A DNA stretch of 64,000 nucleotides from an uncultured Gammaproteobacteria bacterium (GTDB lineage Bacteria; Patescibacteriota; Patescibacteriia; SBBC01; CAIJZX01), in contig CAZFGG010000004.1 of assembly GCA_964518425.1 (NCBI GenBank), positions 5,701 to 69,700 on the forward strand, written 5' to 3'. This document shows, piece by piece, positions 30,231 through 40,924 of the stretch. Every line of letters begins with the position of its first letter. Positions within the stretch are counted from its first letter, which is position 1. The translations under genes and the position numbers were made by a program. The notes under the pieces were generated by a model. It was not told the origin of the DNA. It searched no databases and saw only the letters and a program-made list of their open reading frames with translations.

Positions 30231-32627
30231 ATGGACACGCCGCGCGACCAGAAATTTATCCTGTGGTTTAACGAGCTTCGGAACACCGACGTCAAGCTGG
30301 TGGGCGGGAAAAACGCCTCACTGGGCGAAATGTATTCCTTGTTAACACCAAAAGGTGTTCGTATTCCGAATGGCTTTGCGGTGACGGCGGCAGCCTATTT
30401 TTACTTTCTGGAAAAAGCCGGCATTCGTGATGATATTAAGAAAATTTTGAGCGACCTGAATACGTCGAACATCAAGAATCTGCAGACGCGCGGAGCAAAG
30501 GTTCGCCAGACGATTCTCAACGCCACGTTGCCGCAAGACCTTCAAGACGCCATAGTCAAAAACTATCGGAAACTGGAAAAAGAGTTCACCAAGAATGTTG
30601 ATGTCGCTGTTCGATCATCGGCCACGGCGGAAGATTTGCCTGACGCCTCGTTCGCCGGCCAACAGGAAACGTACTTAGATATCCGCGGTGAGCAAGAGGT
30701 CGTGTCCGCGGTCAAACGCTGCTTCGCTTCTTTGTTTACTGATCGAGCCATCTCCTATCGTCATGACAAGGGCTTCGATCATTTTTCCATTGGGTTATCG
30801 GCGGCCGTACAAAAAATGGTACGGTCGGACAAAGCCTGTTCGGGGGTCATGTTCTCGATTGATACCGAGTCGGGTTTTTCTAATGCGGTCCTGGTGACCG
30901 GCTCGTGGGGCTTAGGGGAAAACATTGTTCTCGGTCGGGTCAATCCAGATGAATTCTATGTCTTTAAGCCAAGCCTGGCTCAGGGTAAGCCGGCAATTTT
31001 GACGCATACGATGGGCGATAAGCTAATCAAAATGGTGTATACGGCGAGCCCGAAGCAGCCAACGAAGAACATCAGCGTTCCGTCAGCCGACCGCACGAAA
31101 TTCATTTTGACTGATCCGGAAATTGAGCAACTGGCCCGTTGGGCGGTTGCCATCGAGCAGCACTACGGTAAGGCCATGGACATGGAGTGGGCCAAAGATG
31201 GCATGGCCAATCAGCTGTACATCGTTCAGGCCCGCCCGGAGACCGTTCACTCACAAGCGAAGAAAGACGTTCTTGAAGAATATATCCTCAAGCCGAACCA
31301 GCCCAAAAAGATTCTGACCAGCGGCTCACCGGTCGGAACAAAGATCGGCGTCGGTAAGGCTCGGGTCATCATGGATGCGAAGCACATCAGTCAGTTCAAA
31401 GCCGGTGAAGTCTTAGTGACGGATATGACAGATCCGGACTGGGAGCCGATCATGAAAATTGCTTCAGCTATCGTCACCAACCGCGGCGGCCGGACAGCAC
31501 ATGCCGCCATTATTTCCCGTGAACTTGGTATTCCGGCGATTGTCGGCACAAAAGATGCGACTAAGGCCATCCATACCGGCCAAGACGTATCCGTTGTTTG
31601 CTCCGAAGGTTCAGTCGGGAATGTGTACGCTGGTCGTTTGAAATTTGATGTCGTCACGCACGACCTCAAGAGCCTCAAACGGCCGCCAGTCAAAATTATG
31701 ATGAACATTGGCAATCCGGAGCAGGCCTTCGGCCAAAGCTTCATTCCCAATGATGGCGTTGGTTTGGCCCGCGAAGAATTCATTACGGCTTCCTGGATTG
31801 GTATCCATCCGATGGCGCTCATCCGTTACCCGAAACTGAAGGACGCGAAGGCAAAACGAATTATTGCCAAACGGACCGCCGGCTACAAAGACAAAAAACA
31901 GTTCTACGTTGATACTATGGCTTCGGGCGTGGCCATGATCGCCGCGGCCTTCTATCCAAAAGATGTGATCTTGCGCTTAGCCGACTTCAAGTCGAACGAG
32001 TACGCGACGCTGACCGGCGGACGAGAATTCGAGCCGAAAGAAGATAATCCGATGATGGGCTGGCGCGGCGCGGCGCGGTACTACAGTGATGCCTACCGTG
32101 AAGCCTTTGTGCTTGAGTTAAAAGCGATGGTCAAGGTTCGGGAGACGATGGGTTTGAATAACCTCAAGTTGATGGTGCCAATGTGCCGGACGATCGATGA
32201 GGCCAAAAAAGTTATCAAACTCATGGCCGACAACGGACTTGTCCAGGGCAAAAATGGATTGCAAATCTACTGCATGGTTGAAGTCCCCTCGAATGTTATC
32301 CTGATCGACGAGTTTGCTAAGTACTTTGATGGCTTCTCCATCGGTTCGAATGATCTGACCCAGTTCACCCTGGCTGCTGACCGAGACTCTGAGCTGGTCA
32401 ACCATATTTACGACGAGCACAACCCCGCGGCGAAATGGATGTTCTCCCGGGCGATCAACGGTGCCCGGACTGCCAAAAAGAAAATTGGATTCTGTGGCCA
32501 GGCCCCATCGGACTACCCGGATATTGCCCTCTTCTTGGCCCAAGAAGGCATTGACTCTATTTCCCTCAATCCCGATACCGTCATTAAAACGACGCTCATG
32601 CTGAATCAGAAATTAGCTCCACGATAG
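30231..32627 (+). CDS. ppsA: Phosphoenolpyruvate synthase
   Basis: VGGKNASLGEM, RSSATAED, GGRTAHAAI (phospho-His), FSIGSNDLTQ, CGQAPSD. Confidence 0.97.
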   Translation: MDTPRDQKFILWFNELRNTDVKLVGGKNASLGEMYSLLTPKGVRIPNGFAVTAAAYFYFLEKAGIRDDIKKILSDLNTSNIKNLQTRGAKVRQTILNATLPQDLQDAIVKNYRKLEKEFTKNVDVAVRSSATAEDLPDASFAGQQETYLDIRGEQEVVSAVKRCFASLFTDRAISYRHDKGFDHFSIGLSAAVQKMVRSDKACSGVMFSIDTESGFSNAVLVTGSWGLGENIVLGRVNPDEFYVFKPSLAQGKPAILTHTMGDKLIKMVYTASPKQPTKNISVPSADRTKFILTDPEIEQLARWAVAIEQHYGKAMDMEWAKDGMANQLYIVQARPETVHSQAKKDVLEEYILKPNQPKKILTSGSPVGTKIGVGKARVIMDAKHISQFKAGEVLVTDMTDPDWEPIMKIASAIVTNRGGRTAHAAIISRELGIPAIVGTKDATKAIHTGQDVSVVCSEGSVGNVYAGRLKFDVVTHDLKSLKRPPVKIMMNIGNPEQAFGQSFIPNDGVGLAREEFITASWIGIHPMALIRYPKLKDAKAKRIIAKRTAGYKDKKQFYVDTMASGVAMIAAAFYPKDVILRLADFKSNEYATLTGGREFEPKEDNPMMGWRGAARYYSDAYREAFVLELKAMVKVRETMGLNNLKLMVPMCRTIDEAKKVIKLMADNGLVQGKNGLQIYCMVEVPSNVILIDEFAKYFDGFSIGSNDLTQFTLAADRDSELVNHIYDEHNPAAKWMFSRAINGARTAKKKIGFCGQAPSDYPDIALFLAQEGIDSISLNPDTVIKTTLMLNQKLAPR

Positions 32628-32628
32628 T

Positions 32629-34563
32629 ATGCGTGCTCACCGTAGCCACGTGGCGGTGGCCGGTTTCATTTTTCTGTTGGCGGTAGCGACACAAATCAAC
32701 CCGCAGCATCGCGTCGATGCTGCGCCGACGGGCCTGCCGGGTACGAGCGCAATCAACTATCCCCACTTTGCCTTATACGACGGCAATCGAAGCTGGGGGT
32801 ACCCGACGATCAATGATGACGGTACGTTGAGCACCTCAACGATTGATCAACTGGCCAAATACTCGTTCATTACCCTCGAGCCAACGCCGTTTACCGACGT
32901 CCGGACGGATGTTATCGACCAGCTCCGTCAGCGGAACGCCAATATGAAAATCTTGGGCTACATTCTGCCCTTCTATGCCCTACGATCGTACAGCGATCCG
33001 AATTATTATTATCAGAAAATATGGGCCCTCGCGAATGACTCATCCGTCAGCGATCCGAATGCTGCCGCCGGTCCAAACAATAGCTGGCTCTACAAACAAA
33101 GCGGTTCGCTGTTCGCTGAATACTTCACCAACATCAACTTGGCTAAACGAACGTCCAACGGGGATGGGACCTATACGTATACCACCGCTGAAGCCATCGC
33201 TAACCTGATCATTCAAAATATTATTTCCAAACATGATTCCAATGGGCGCGTCTTGCTTGACGGAATGTTTTTTGACGGCATGACCTACGATATTGGATTT
33301 CTGGACGACGCCTATCATCTCGACTACGTTCGAGCCGGATATAGCGACGACCAAAGTTTTCGCGATGGATGGAAAACAGCGGTAGGTATTTTAGCCGATC
33401 GCTTACGCCAAGCGGCCGGCCCAGACTTTATTCTATCGGCCAATAGTGGAAACGGGACGTCAGCCCTCTACTCAAATTTCAATGGCTGGATGTACGAAAA
33501 TTTCCCGGCCCAAGAGGGTGGAACGTGGCAGAACAACATGTTCTGGTACGCCGGCGGATATATGTTCAATGAAAGCCTGTACCGACAACCGCCCTACAAC
33601 TTCCTCAATACCTGGACGAATGCGGATACCCCGACGGATCCAACCACGATGCGCCGTGAGCGCCTCGGTCTAGGTTCAGCTTCGCTCGGCTCAGGCTGGG
33701 CAATTTTCGGCGACGGGTCGCGAGGAACCGATTCACGAGCCGGCGGATATCGCTATGACCTGTGGTGGTTTGATGAATACGCGGTTGACCTGACCACGGG
33801 ACAGAGCAGTACGAGCGGCCAAAAAACCGGCTGGCGCGGACAACCAACGGCTGATATGTATCAAATGAGCCGCCCGAACGCAATGGCGGATTTGGTCCCC
33901 CTCCCGGGGCTCGAAACGAACGCGACGGGGTGGAACATTGGCTCGAACTCATATGGGTCGGTCAGTCGAGATACAACGGTCAGCCAAGTCGGTAACGCTT
34001 CGATCAAAACGCACGTGACCACCGGCGACAGCGTCGTCTGGTACCAAGTCAGCGCGGCCACGGCTTTACCATCACCGGTGACTTCGGGGTTGACCTATGC
34101 CCTGACGTTTTGGGCCAACTCTTCAACAGCGCGACGCATCAACGTAGTCTTGGCGCCGACCGGTCAACCGGCTCTGGCTGAGCAGTTAGTCCCGCTGTCT
34201 GTCGGCTGGAAACAGTATCAAATTGTTTTAACACCGAATTCGAGTGGCTTGGTCAATCTCCGTTTCGATGTCTCGGAGACGGCTGGGGACATCTGGTTTG
34301 ATGATATTCATGTCCAGCGAGGGGCGACAAGCGTCTATCGGCGGGACTTTGATCATGGTACCGTTTTGGTCAATCCTGATACGTCGGCTCAGTCGGTGAC
34401 TCTTGAGAAACCATATAAAAAAATTACCGGAATAACAGATCCTACGACGAACGATGGTTCAACGGTCACGTCGCTGAATGTGCCCGCTCAAGACGCCATT
34501 TTTTTACTGAACCTGGATATTACTCCGCCCAGCCCAGTGGCGGATTTGCAAGTCCGATCTTGA
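32629..34563 (+). CDS. Secreted putative glycoside hydrolase (GHL15-like) with CBM4/9-like module
   Basis: Signal peptide; LDGMFFD, NGWMYENFP, WWFDEY, VYRRDFDHG.VLVNP; beta-sandwich YALTFWA...W.QY...DIWFDDI. Confidence 0.6.
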   Translation: MRAHRSHVAVAGFIFLLAVATQINPQHRVDAAPTGLPGTSAINYPHFALYDGNRSWGYPTINDDGTLSTSTIDQLAKYSFITLEPTPFTDVRTDVIDQLRQRNANMKILGYILPFYALRSYSDPNYYYQKIWALANDSSVSDPNAAAGPNNSWLYKQSGSLFAEYFTNINLAKRTSNGDGTYTYTTAEAIANLIIQNIISKHDSNGRVLLDGMFFDGMTYDIGFLDDAYHLDYVRAGYSDDQSFRDGWKTAVGILADRLRQAAGPDFILSANSGNGTSALYSNFNGWMYENFPAQEGGTWQNNMFWYAGGYMFNESLYRQPPYNFLNTWTNADTPTDPTTMRRERLGLGSASLGSGWAIFGDGSRGTDSRAGGYRYDLWWFDEYAVDLTTGQSSTSGQKTGWRGQPTADMYQMSRPNAMADLVPLPGLETNATGWNIGSNSYGSVSRDTTVSQVGNASIKTHVTTGDSVVWYQVSAATALPSPVTSGLTYALTFWANSSTARRINVVLAPTGQPALAEQLVPLSVGWKQYQIVLTPNSSGLVNLRFDVSETAGDIWFDDIHVQRGATSVYRRDFDHGTVLVNPDTSAQSVTLEKPYKKITGITDPTTNDGSTVTSLNVPAQDAIFLLNLDITPPSPVADLQVRS

Positions 34564-34692
34564 GATTGAACAGCTCCGTTCCTGATGATTTCGATATCCT
34601 AGGTTTTTGACAAGCATGTCGGTTTCCGATAATCTCGGAACGGCTCGTTGAGGTTGTCAAAAGGGAAAGCTCCATGACTTTTTGCCCACGGC

Positions 34693-34777
34693 GGAGGGTT
34701 CGCATAGTGGTCTAGTGCACACGCTTGGAAAGCGTGCATACCGAAAGGTATCGAGAGTTCGAATCTCTCACCCTCCG
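34693..34777 (+). tRNA. tRNA-Ser (GGA); CCA not encoded
   Basis: GGAGGGT/ACCCTCC acceptor stem; CACGC-TTGGAAA-GCGTG anticodon arm; long variable arm; GTTCGAATC. Confidence 0.95.
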
Positions 34778-34850
34778 CTGTGGGCAGAATGTTGATGAAT
34801 TCGGGAAGAAACCCAGTGCGGTTTTTCTTCGGTCGTGGTAAGGTACGAAC

Positions 34851-36656
34851 ATGCTGACGCCAGTTGAAGAAATCAAACAACGGCTTGACATCGTTGATCT
34901 GATTAACGAGTATGTTCAGTTGCGCCCGGCCGGAACGAGCTTTAAGGCCAAGTGCCCTTTCCATAACGAAAAAACGCCGTCGTTTATGGTCTCGCGCGAT
35001 CGGGGAACCTGGCACTGTTTTGGCTGCGGCCGGGGAGGAGATATGTTTTCATTCGTGCAAGAAATTGAAAGCATGGATTTTCCCGAGACATTGCGGTTAT
35101 TAGCTAAACGAGCCGGAGTCCAACTCAAGGATTTTGACCCTCAGGCGCAGACCCAGAAAACCCGCATGCTCGACCTCATGCGTTGGGTCAGTCGGTATTA
35201 CCAGGAAGTTTTGCGAAAAAGTAGTGAAGCATCCGTGGCCCGGGATTACCTCAAGCAACGTGGACTTACTCCTGATACAATTGAGGATTTCGGGATTGGT
35301 TATGCGCCGGCCCAATGGGATGCCACCTTCCAAGCTCTGCGAAAAAAAGGTTTTTCCGATGATGATATTTTTCAAGCGGGGCTGACGATCAAGAAAGATC
35401 GAGGCGCCGGATTTTATGATCGCTTCCGTGGCCGGATTATGTTTCCCGTCGCTGATCTTCACGGAACGGTTGTTGGATTCAGTGGACGCATTCTTGACGT
35501 GACCGTTGATCCGCACGGCCCACCCCCGGCGAAGTATATCAACTCGCCGCAGACGATTGTCTACAACAAGAGTGGTGTCCTATATGGTCTCGATAAAGCC
35601 AAGCAAGCGATCAAGAAATCTGACCGGGCGGTCTTGGTCGAAGGCCAAATGGACTGCGTCACGTCCCACCAAGCCGGGATGACGAATGTCGTAGCGAGTT
35701 CAGGCACCGCCTTGACAGCCGAACAAGTCGGTTTGATTAAAAGATTTTCATCGAATATTGTTTTATCCTTCGATCGAGACGCGGCCGGCGCCCAAGCCGC
35801 TCTGCGTGGCGTCGATCAAGCCCTAATAGCTCAAATGAATGTCTTCATTGTCCGCTTACCGGCCGGAAAAGATCCGGACGAGCTCATCCGTCATGACGCG
35901 CCGGCCTGGACGGCGGCCATTACCGGGGCCCAACCCTACCTCGATTATATGTTTGATGAAGCGGTGCAGAACCGCGATCTGAGCAAAGTCCAGGAGAAAA
36001 AGGCCGTGGCCAAATTCCTCTTGCCCATCCTGAGCAAGGTGGCCGATCCTGTTGAACAGGCCCATTACCTTCAGCGTTTAGGCGAATTAGTTCACGTTGA
36101 ACCAGCCGCCCTCCGCCGGTCTCTGCCGAGTGAACGCCGACCGGCGAACAGTCGAAAAAACCAGCCGGCTGCCGTGGCGGCCGCGCCAGTCATGGTGGAC
36201 CGATGGCGAGCAATCTCGGAACGGTTATTAGCCTGCCTCATCCGTCAGCCATCATTGATCGGATTGGTTGAAACCCGCTTTAAACCAGAGTATCTCGTGG
36301 GCGACGACCTGGAGCGACTGTACAAAACGTTAGTCATCTGGTATAGTCAGGACCACTTTTCACAGCCGAGTGATCTCAGCCGACTAGCGACAGCCCTCGA
36401 TCCAGACCAGCAAGAACGGTTAACCGTTCTGACGCTGCTGGGCGATAAGGAATTAGCGACTGAGACGTCAGCTGTGCTGGAGCAGGATGTCTTGACGATG
36501 ACGGTTGACTTACAGCGTCACGCCCTGACCGAAGAGCTCCGCCATATCGAAGTTGATCTACGTCAGCTTGAACAACGGTCCGGTTCCGGACCAGAGCTGT
36601 CGGCGGTCTTAGCGCGGTTTCAGTCAGTCACGAATGAATTACGTCAGCTCTCATAA
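34851..36656 (+). CDS. dnaG: DNA primase
   Basis: [11 protein letters not shown] zinc finger, [26 protein letters not shown] (TOPRIM). Confidence 0.97.
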   Translation: MLTPVEEIKQRLDIVDLINEYVQLRPAGTSFKAKCPFHNEKTPSFMVSRDRGTWHCFGCGRGGDMFSFVQEIESMDFPETLRLLAKRAGVQLKDFDPQAQTQKTRMLDLMRWVSRYYQEVLRKSSEASVARDYLKQRGLTPDTIEDFGIGYAPAQWDATFQALRKKGFSDDDIFQAGLTIKKDRGAGFYDRFRGRIMFPVADLHGTVVGFSGRILDVTVDPHGPPPAKYINSPQTIVYNKSGVLYGLDKAKQAIKKSDRAVLVEGQMDCVTSHQAGMTNVVASSGTALTAEQVGLIKRFSSNIVLSFDRDAAGAQAALRGVDQALIAQMNVFIVRLPAGKDPDELIRHDAPAWTAAITGAQPYLDYMFDEAVQNRDLSKVQEKKAVAKFLLPILSKVADPVEQAHYLQRLGELVHVEPAALRRSLPSERRPANSRKNQPAAVAAAPVMVDRWRAISERLLACLIRQPSLIGLVETRFKPEYLVGDDLERLYKTLVIWYSQDHFSQPSDLSRLATALDPDQQERLTVLTLLGDKELATETSAVLEQDVLTMTVDLQRHALTEELRHIEVDLRQLEQRSGSGPELSAVLARFQSVTNELRQLS

Positions 36657-36664
36657 TTTTTTCC

Positions 36665-37882
36665 ATGCCGAAGAAAATAACGAAGAAGAAAGCGACGCGA
36701 GTTGTCAAAGCGAAGTCAGTCCGCAAGGCAACGAAATCATCCCTCAAACGCAACCTCAAGGCAGCTCCTGAGCGCCGGTCAGCAGGTCGACTCCAGCAAG
36801 CCGAGCTGGACGAGCTCATTAAGAAGGGCCGCCAGCGTGGCTTCATGACGGAAACCGAGCTGTTGTACGCCTTGCCGGAATTAGAGGAATACGTTGATCA
36901 GTACGAAGACCTCCTTGACGCGTTCGAGAAAAACGGAATTACGGTTGTTGAATCTGGACCGAGCCTGCTTGAGCCGGCCACCAAGCCGAGCTTCCTCGAG
37001 CCGGCGCATTCGAAGAAACACCTACCCCACGATGAGCGACATTTTGATTTAGGCGATATCTCGAATGATTCCATCCAGATGTACTTGCGGGAAATTGGTA
37101 AAGTTCCGCTGCTAACGGCTGAAGAGGAAGTTTCTCTCGCTAAGCGCAAGGATGCTGGAGACGCTGAAGCTTCAAAACGGTTGGTCGAAGCCAACCTTCG
37201 TCTGGTCGTCTCCATTGCCAAAAAGTTTACTGGCCGGTCGCTGTCCTTACTTGACCTCATCCAAGAGGGGAACATCGGCCTCTTCCGGGCCGTTGAAAAA
37301 TTTGATTATCGTAAAGGCTACAAGTTCTCAACATACGCGACGTGGTGGATCCGGCAAGCAATTACCCGGGCCCTGGCCGACCAATCGCGAACCATTCGCA
37401 TTCCCGTCCACATGGTTGAGACGATCAATAAATTCCAGCAAATTGAACGCCAATTGATTCAAGACCTCGGTCGTGAGCCATTGCCGGAAGAAATCGCCGC
37501 GGAAATGGGGGAACCAGTTGACAAAATTCGTCATATCATGAAAATCTCCCAGGACACAGTCTCGCTGGAAACCTCTGTCGGTGAAGACGATGAAGACTCA
37601 ACACTCGGAGACTTCATTGAAGACGTCAAATCTATTTCACCGGACAAAGTAGCCGCTTTACAGCTTCTGCGTGACGATGTCCGTCGGATTATTGAAACCT
37701 TGTCGCCCCGCGAACAGAAAATTCTCGAGATGCGCTTCGGTCTAACGGATGGCGTGGCCCATACCCTCGAAGAAGTTGGCCAGGAATTTGGCGTGACGCG
37801 CGAACGTATCCGTCAGATTGAATCAAAAGCCTTGGAGAAAATTCAGCAGCATCATCACATGAAAAAGTTGCGAGATTACTAA
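36665..37882 (+). CDS. rpoD: Primary sigma factor RpoD/SigA
   Basis: [48 protein letters not shown]. Confidence 0.97.
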   Translation: MPKKITKKKATRVVKAKSVRKATKSSLKRNLKAAPERRSAGRLQQAELDELIKKGRQRGFMTETELLYALPELEEYVDQYEDLLDAFEKNGITVVESGPSLLEPATKPSFLEPAHSKKHLPHDERHFDLGDISNDSIQMYLREIGKVPLLTAEEEVSLAKRKDAGDAEASKRLVEANLRLVVSIAKKFTGRSLSLLDLIQEGNIGLFRAVEKFDYRKGYKFSTYATWWIRQAITRALADQSRTIRIPVHMVETINKFQQIERQLIQDLGREPLPEEIAAEMGEPVDKIRHIMKISQDTVSLETSVGEDDEDSTLGDFIEDVKSISPDKVAALQLLRDDVRRIIETLSPREQKILEMRFGLTDGVAHTLEEVGQEFGVTRERIRQIESKALEKIQQHHHMKKLRDY

Positions 37883-37894
37883 TACCGCAATGTA

Positions 37895-37920
37895 CAAAAA
37901 CGCCCAAGCGGGCGTTTTTG
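37895..37920. terminator. dnaG-rpoD terminator
   Basis: CAAAAACGCCC-aagc-GGGCGTTTTTG. Confidence 0.75.
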
Positions 37921-37935
37921 TTTACCCAGGAGATC

Positions 37936-37964
37936 TTGACAGAAAGGATATACCGTGCTAGATT
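37936..37964 (+). promoter_or_regulatory. sigma70-type promoter
   Basis: TTGACA-17 nt-TAGATT. Confidence 0.6.
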
Positions 37965-38024
37965 GAGACGTTTTTTCCGGCACATAACGCACCTTGTTAG
38001 CTCACCCCATAGAGAGGTTCAGTC

Positions 38025-38594
38025 ATGAAACGCCTACTCGCGCTGCTGGTTGTTAGCGGCGCCCTTATGGCCACGTCGGCCATGGCCGCATCATTGGTCG
38101 ACATCGACCTGGTCAGCTCGCCTGACGATCCGATTACTCAGGCCCAGACTATTCATCTGGACTCGGTCCGGGATTCGATTCAGGTCTTTACGAATCACTG
38201 GCTCGGTCTCAGCTTCTACGCTCGTGGGCGTGGGGCGGACAGTACGAGTTGGTTCGAACTGGACTTCGCGGCCGATTCCACCCTGCTTCAAGTTCAGGAC
38301 TACGGAAACGCCGCTCGTTTCCCAGCCGTCCCAGCCAAGGTGTTCAGCCTGCAAGTCTCCAGTTTTCATCAGATCTGTCCGTCGCTGCATGGCGACTTCA
38401 GCATCTCCGAGCTGGAGCAACATCCTAGCCAGCCAGGAAATGATCTGGAGACGACGAAATTGAAGCTGACCTTCAACCAGTATGAAGATGGAATGCCCTT
38501 CCCTTTGCAGGGCGTCATCACCATATCGCCGGTCTCGAGTACGTCGGCGGGGCCCATGTCGTGGGGAGAGTTGAAAATCTTGTACAACCGTTGA
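38025..38594 (+). CDS. Secreted protein with C-terminal SWGxLKxxY tail (cassette)
   Basis: GAGAGGT SD; signal peptide; ends TSAGPMSWGELKILYNR; terminator 38610-38644. Confidence 0.75.
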   Translation: MKRLLALLVVSGALMATSAMAASLVDIDLVSSPDDPITQAQTIHLDSVRDSIQVFTNHWLGLSFYARGRGADSTSWFELDFAADSTLLQVQDYGNAARFPAVPAKVFSLQVSSFHQICPSLHGDFSISELEQHPSQPGNDLETTKLKLTFNQYEDGMPFPLQGVITISPVSSTSAGPMSWGELKILYNR

Positions 38595-38650
38595 CTTTCG
38601 TCAACACACCGCGCGTGACCTTCTGGCCACGCGCGTTTCTTTTTGTTTGT

Positions 38651-40774
38651 TTATCCGCCGGCGCAGGTCGACTTGCCGGTGTTACTGGTGATGATCAGAA
38701 CGGTTGGCGTCAGGAACGTGTTGCCGGCCGTATCGGTGACCGTCGTATTTAAGCGATGATGCCCATTGCAGTACAGGGCGGAGTTGAAGACAGCGGAATA
38801 GGGGGCAGCGGTTGAAACGAAGCCGGATTGATTATCGTCAACGTGAAATTGGACCGAGGCAATGCCGATGTTATCCGAGGCAGTCGCGGTCATAGTCGCA
38901 TCGCCCGTCATGGTTGTTTCGGCTGGCGTGCTGATCGATCCGGTTGGTAGGGTATCATCGACCACAAAGCTCAAGGTCGGCAGGGTCGTTGTTTGACCGA
39001 AGGTGTCTGTGGCTTTAACGATGAGGGTGTGACTAGCTAGGTTCGCTAAAGTGACATTCCGCAAGGACAGCCCCCAGCTATACGTTCCGAGAGCCGCATA
39101 CCACTGACCATCAATCTGTACTTCGACCTTTTGAAGGTCACCATTATCATCTGCCCGCCCGGCGATTAAGCACGTTGAGCAGAGATAGCGGCCAGCCGGA
39201 GATGAGTGACTGTTATCACTCGGCAGAACAAGCGAGAGAGTCGGTGGTGTTGTGTCCTGGCTCGTGTCTTTTGGAAACTCGAATTTCCCCATGTCAATAC
39301 GCGATCCGCCAACTGGCGGCGGCGGGGAAACTGGATCACCCCGGTCGATCGCTGGGCTACCATCTGATAGATTATACGATCCTCCGTCAAACAAGGGGTC
39401 AACGCCCGTTGAATGGACATCCTGACCGGTTCGCGCGATGAACGTCGTGATCGGCATAGACGAGGCGCCACAACACGAAGCCCAGTAGGTAATCGGCGTG
39501 GTTGAGCCGACACGCCAGAAGTTATTGTAGTCACCAAGGTACGTGCCCAAACCATTATCATTGAAATACATGGCCGGGGCGTCGTAGCTATAAAAAATAT
39601 TATTCCGGACATTCAATCTGCCCTTGCCATCAATAAGTAAGGCCCGGCCATGCAGGGCCACGACCGTGTTATTGGTGACGGTGGTCGTGGTCGTATTGTC
39701 TCCCACGCCGATAATCAGCGCCCCGCCATCGCTCGCGCTATTGGACGCGTAAATTGTGTTGTGGTCAAAGACGTCATTGCCGGTCGTCGTATCGTGCAAG
39801 ACGATACCACGTGTGGCGCCGGGCGGACCGCCAGAGCCACCGGAGAAGTAATTGTTTTTGATCAGGTTATCATGGCCCCAGGGTAACGTTTCATTGCCGG
39901 GACCATTGAAGCGTGCGGCATACTCGTTGGTTTTTTCGGTGTTCCCAATGAAGGTGTTATATGACGAGCCGTCACGGACGTACCACCCATATCGCTCCGA
40001 ACCATCGTTGAAACTCGGATAGGTGACGTTAAATGTGTTGTTCTTGAAGGTGTTGAAGAACGAGTAGTGGACTTGAATAGCGTTGCCCGTTCCGACAAAC
40101 TTGACTGGATTATTGTCAAAAACATTATTCCGGGCGAAGAAGAGCTGGATGTACCGGCTGTCTGACGTCGGGGCGGGTGTGGTTAGGCCGGTTTGAGCGA
40201 TAGAATTGTGAATAAAGGAATTGCCTTCAACATAGTTCAGATCAGTTCCTTTGAGTTGAATAGCCGCGAAGGCGTCGGCTGGAGTATAAATGAAGTTGTC
40301 CTGAAAAAGATTATCATCACTTGAAACTCCAAGATAGTTGAAGTGTGAGTTGATCACCTGATTGTGTCCGCCCCCGCCGAGGGAAATGCCACCGGGGATC
40401 GTTAAGTTTTTAATGACCACGCCCCTTCGATCAGTCAGGGTAATACTGTTGCTTCCCGTGACCTTGTGGGATTGTCCATCAAGCGTGACGTTATCAGCGG
40501 AAAAAGTGAAATTTCCGTTCCCGGCGATATCGCCTCCCAGGCAATACGTTTTTCCGCTTGATCCAAGCGTGTAGGGCAGGCTGTTGATAGTATAGTTACA
40601 AGCCACCGGTGTATTCGTATTGCCACTCCCTTCATTTCCACCAGAAATGAAAAAAATGATGGCGCTGGAAATAACAGATAGTCCACCAATGGCAATTGAT
40701 GCGACCAGAAAGACGCGGGTGAGAGAAATCACCTTACCTAGCGTGCTGGTTTTTTCTTGAGTCGTCATGGGCAT
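38651..40774 (-). CDS. Membrane-anchored parallel beta-helix (pectin-lyase-like) protein with two Ig-like domains
   Basis: N-terminal TM; N(T/V)F.NN repeats; SPAIDRG..RIDMG.FE; DTTPP and ASDN.GI..V.F.VD...APY Ig modules. Confidence 0.75.
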   Translation of the reverse strand: MPMTTQEKTSTLGKVISLTRVFLVASIAIGGLSVISSAIIFFISGGNEGSGNTNTPVACNYTINSLPYTLGSSGKTYCLGGDIAGNGNFTFSADNVTLDGQSHKVTGSNSITLTDRRGVVIKNLTIPGGISLGGGGHNQVINSHFNYLGVSSDDNLFQDNFIYTPADAFAAIQLKGTDLNYVEGNSFIHNSIAQTGLTTPAPTSDSRYIQLFFARNNVFDNNPVKFVGTGNAIQVHYSFFNTFKNNTFNVTYPSFNDGSERYGWYVRDGSSYNTFIGNTEKTNEYAARFNGPGNETLPWGHDNLIKNNYFSGGSGGPPGATRGIVLHDTTTGNDVFDHNTIYASNSASDGGALIIGVGDNTTTTTVTNNTVVALHGRALLIDGKGRLNVRNNIFYSYDAPAMYFNDNGLGTYLGDYNNFWRVGSTTPITYWASCCGASSMPITTFIARTGQDVHSTGVDPLFDGGSYNLSDGSPAIDRGDPVSPPPPVGGSRIDMGKFEFPKDTSQDTTPPTLSLVLPSDNSHSSPAGRYLCSTCLIAGRADDNGDLQKVEVQIDGQWYAALGTYSWGLSLRNVTLANLASHTLIVKATDTFGQTTTLPTLSFVVDDTLPTGSISTPAETTMTGDATMTATASDNIGIASVQFHVDDNQSGFVSTAAPYSAVFNSALYCNGHHRLNTTVTDTAGNTFLTPTVLIITSNTGKSTCAGG

Positions 40775-40876
40775 TGGTACGAGTTTCTCCTTAAGGAGTG
40801 TAGTCTATTTGGAGCTATATTGGCAACAAAGCCTAGGTTAGTAGTCCAAGCAGTTCTGACGTTCAGAAGAATCTAA

Positions 40877-40901
40877 AGCGCCCCCGAAAAACGGGGGCGC
40901 T
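40877..40901. terminator. Hairpin terminator
   Basis: AGCGCCCCCG-aaaaa-CGGGGGCGCT. Confidence 0.6.
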
Positions 40902-40924
40902 GGCTTGAAATTTTCCTCTTCAGT

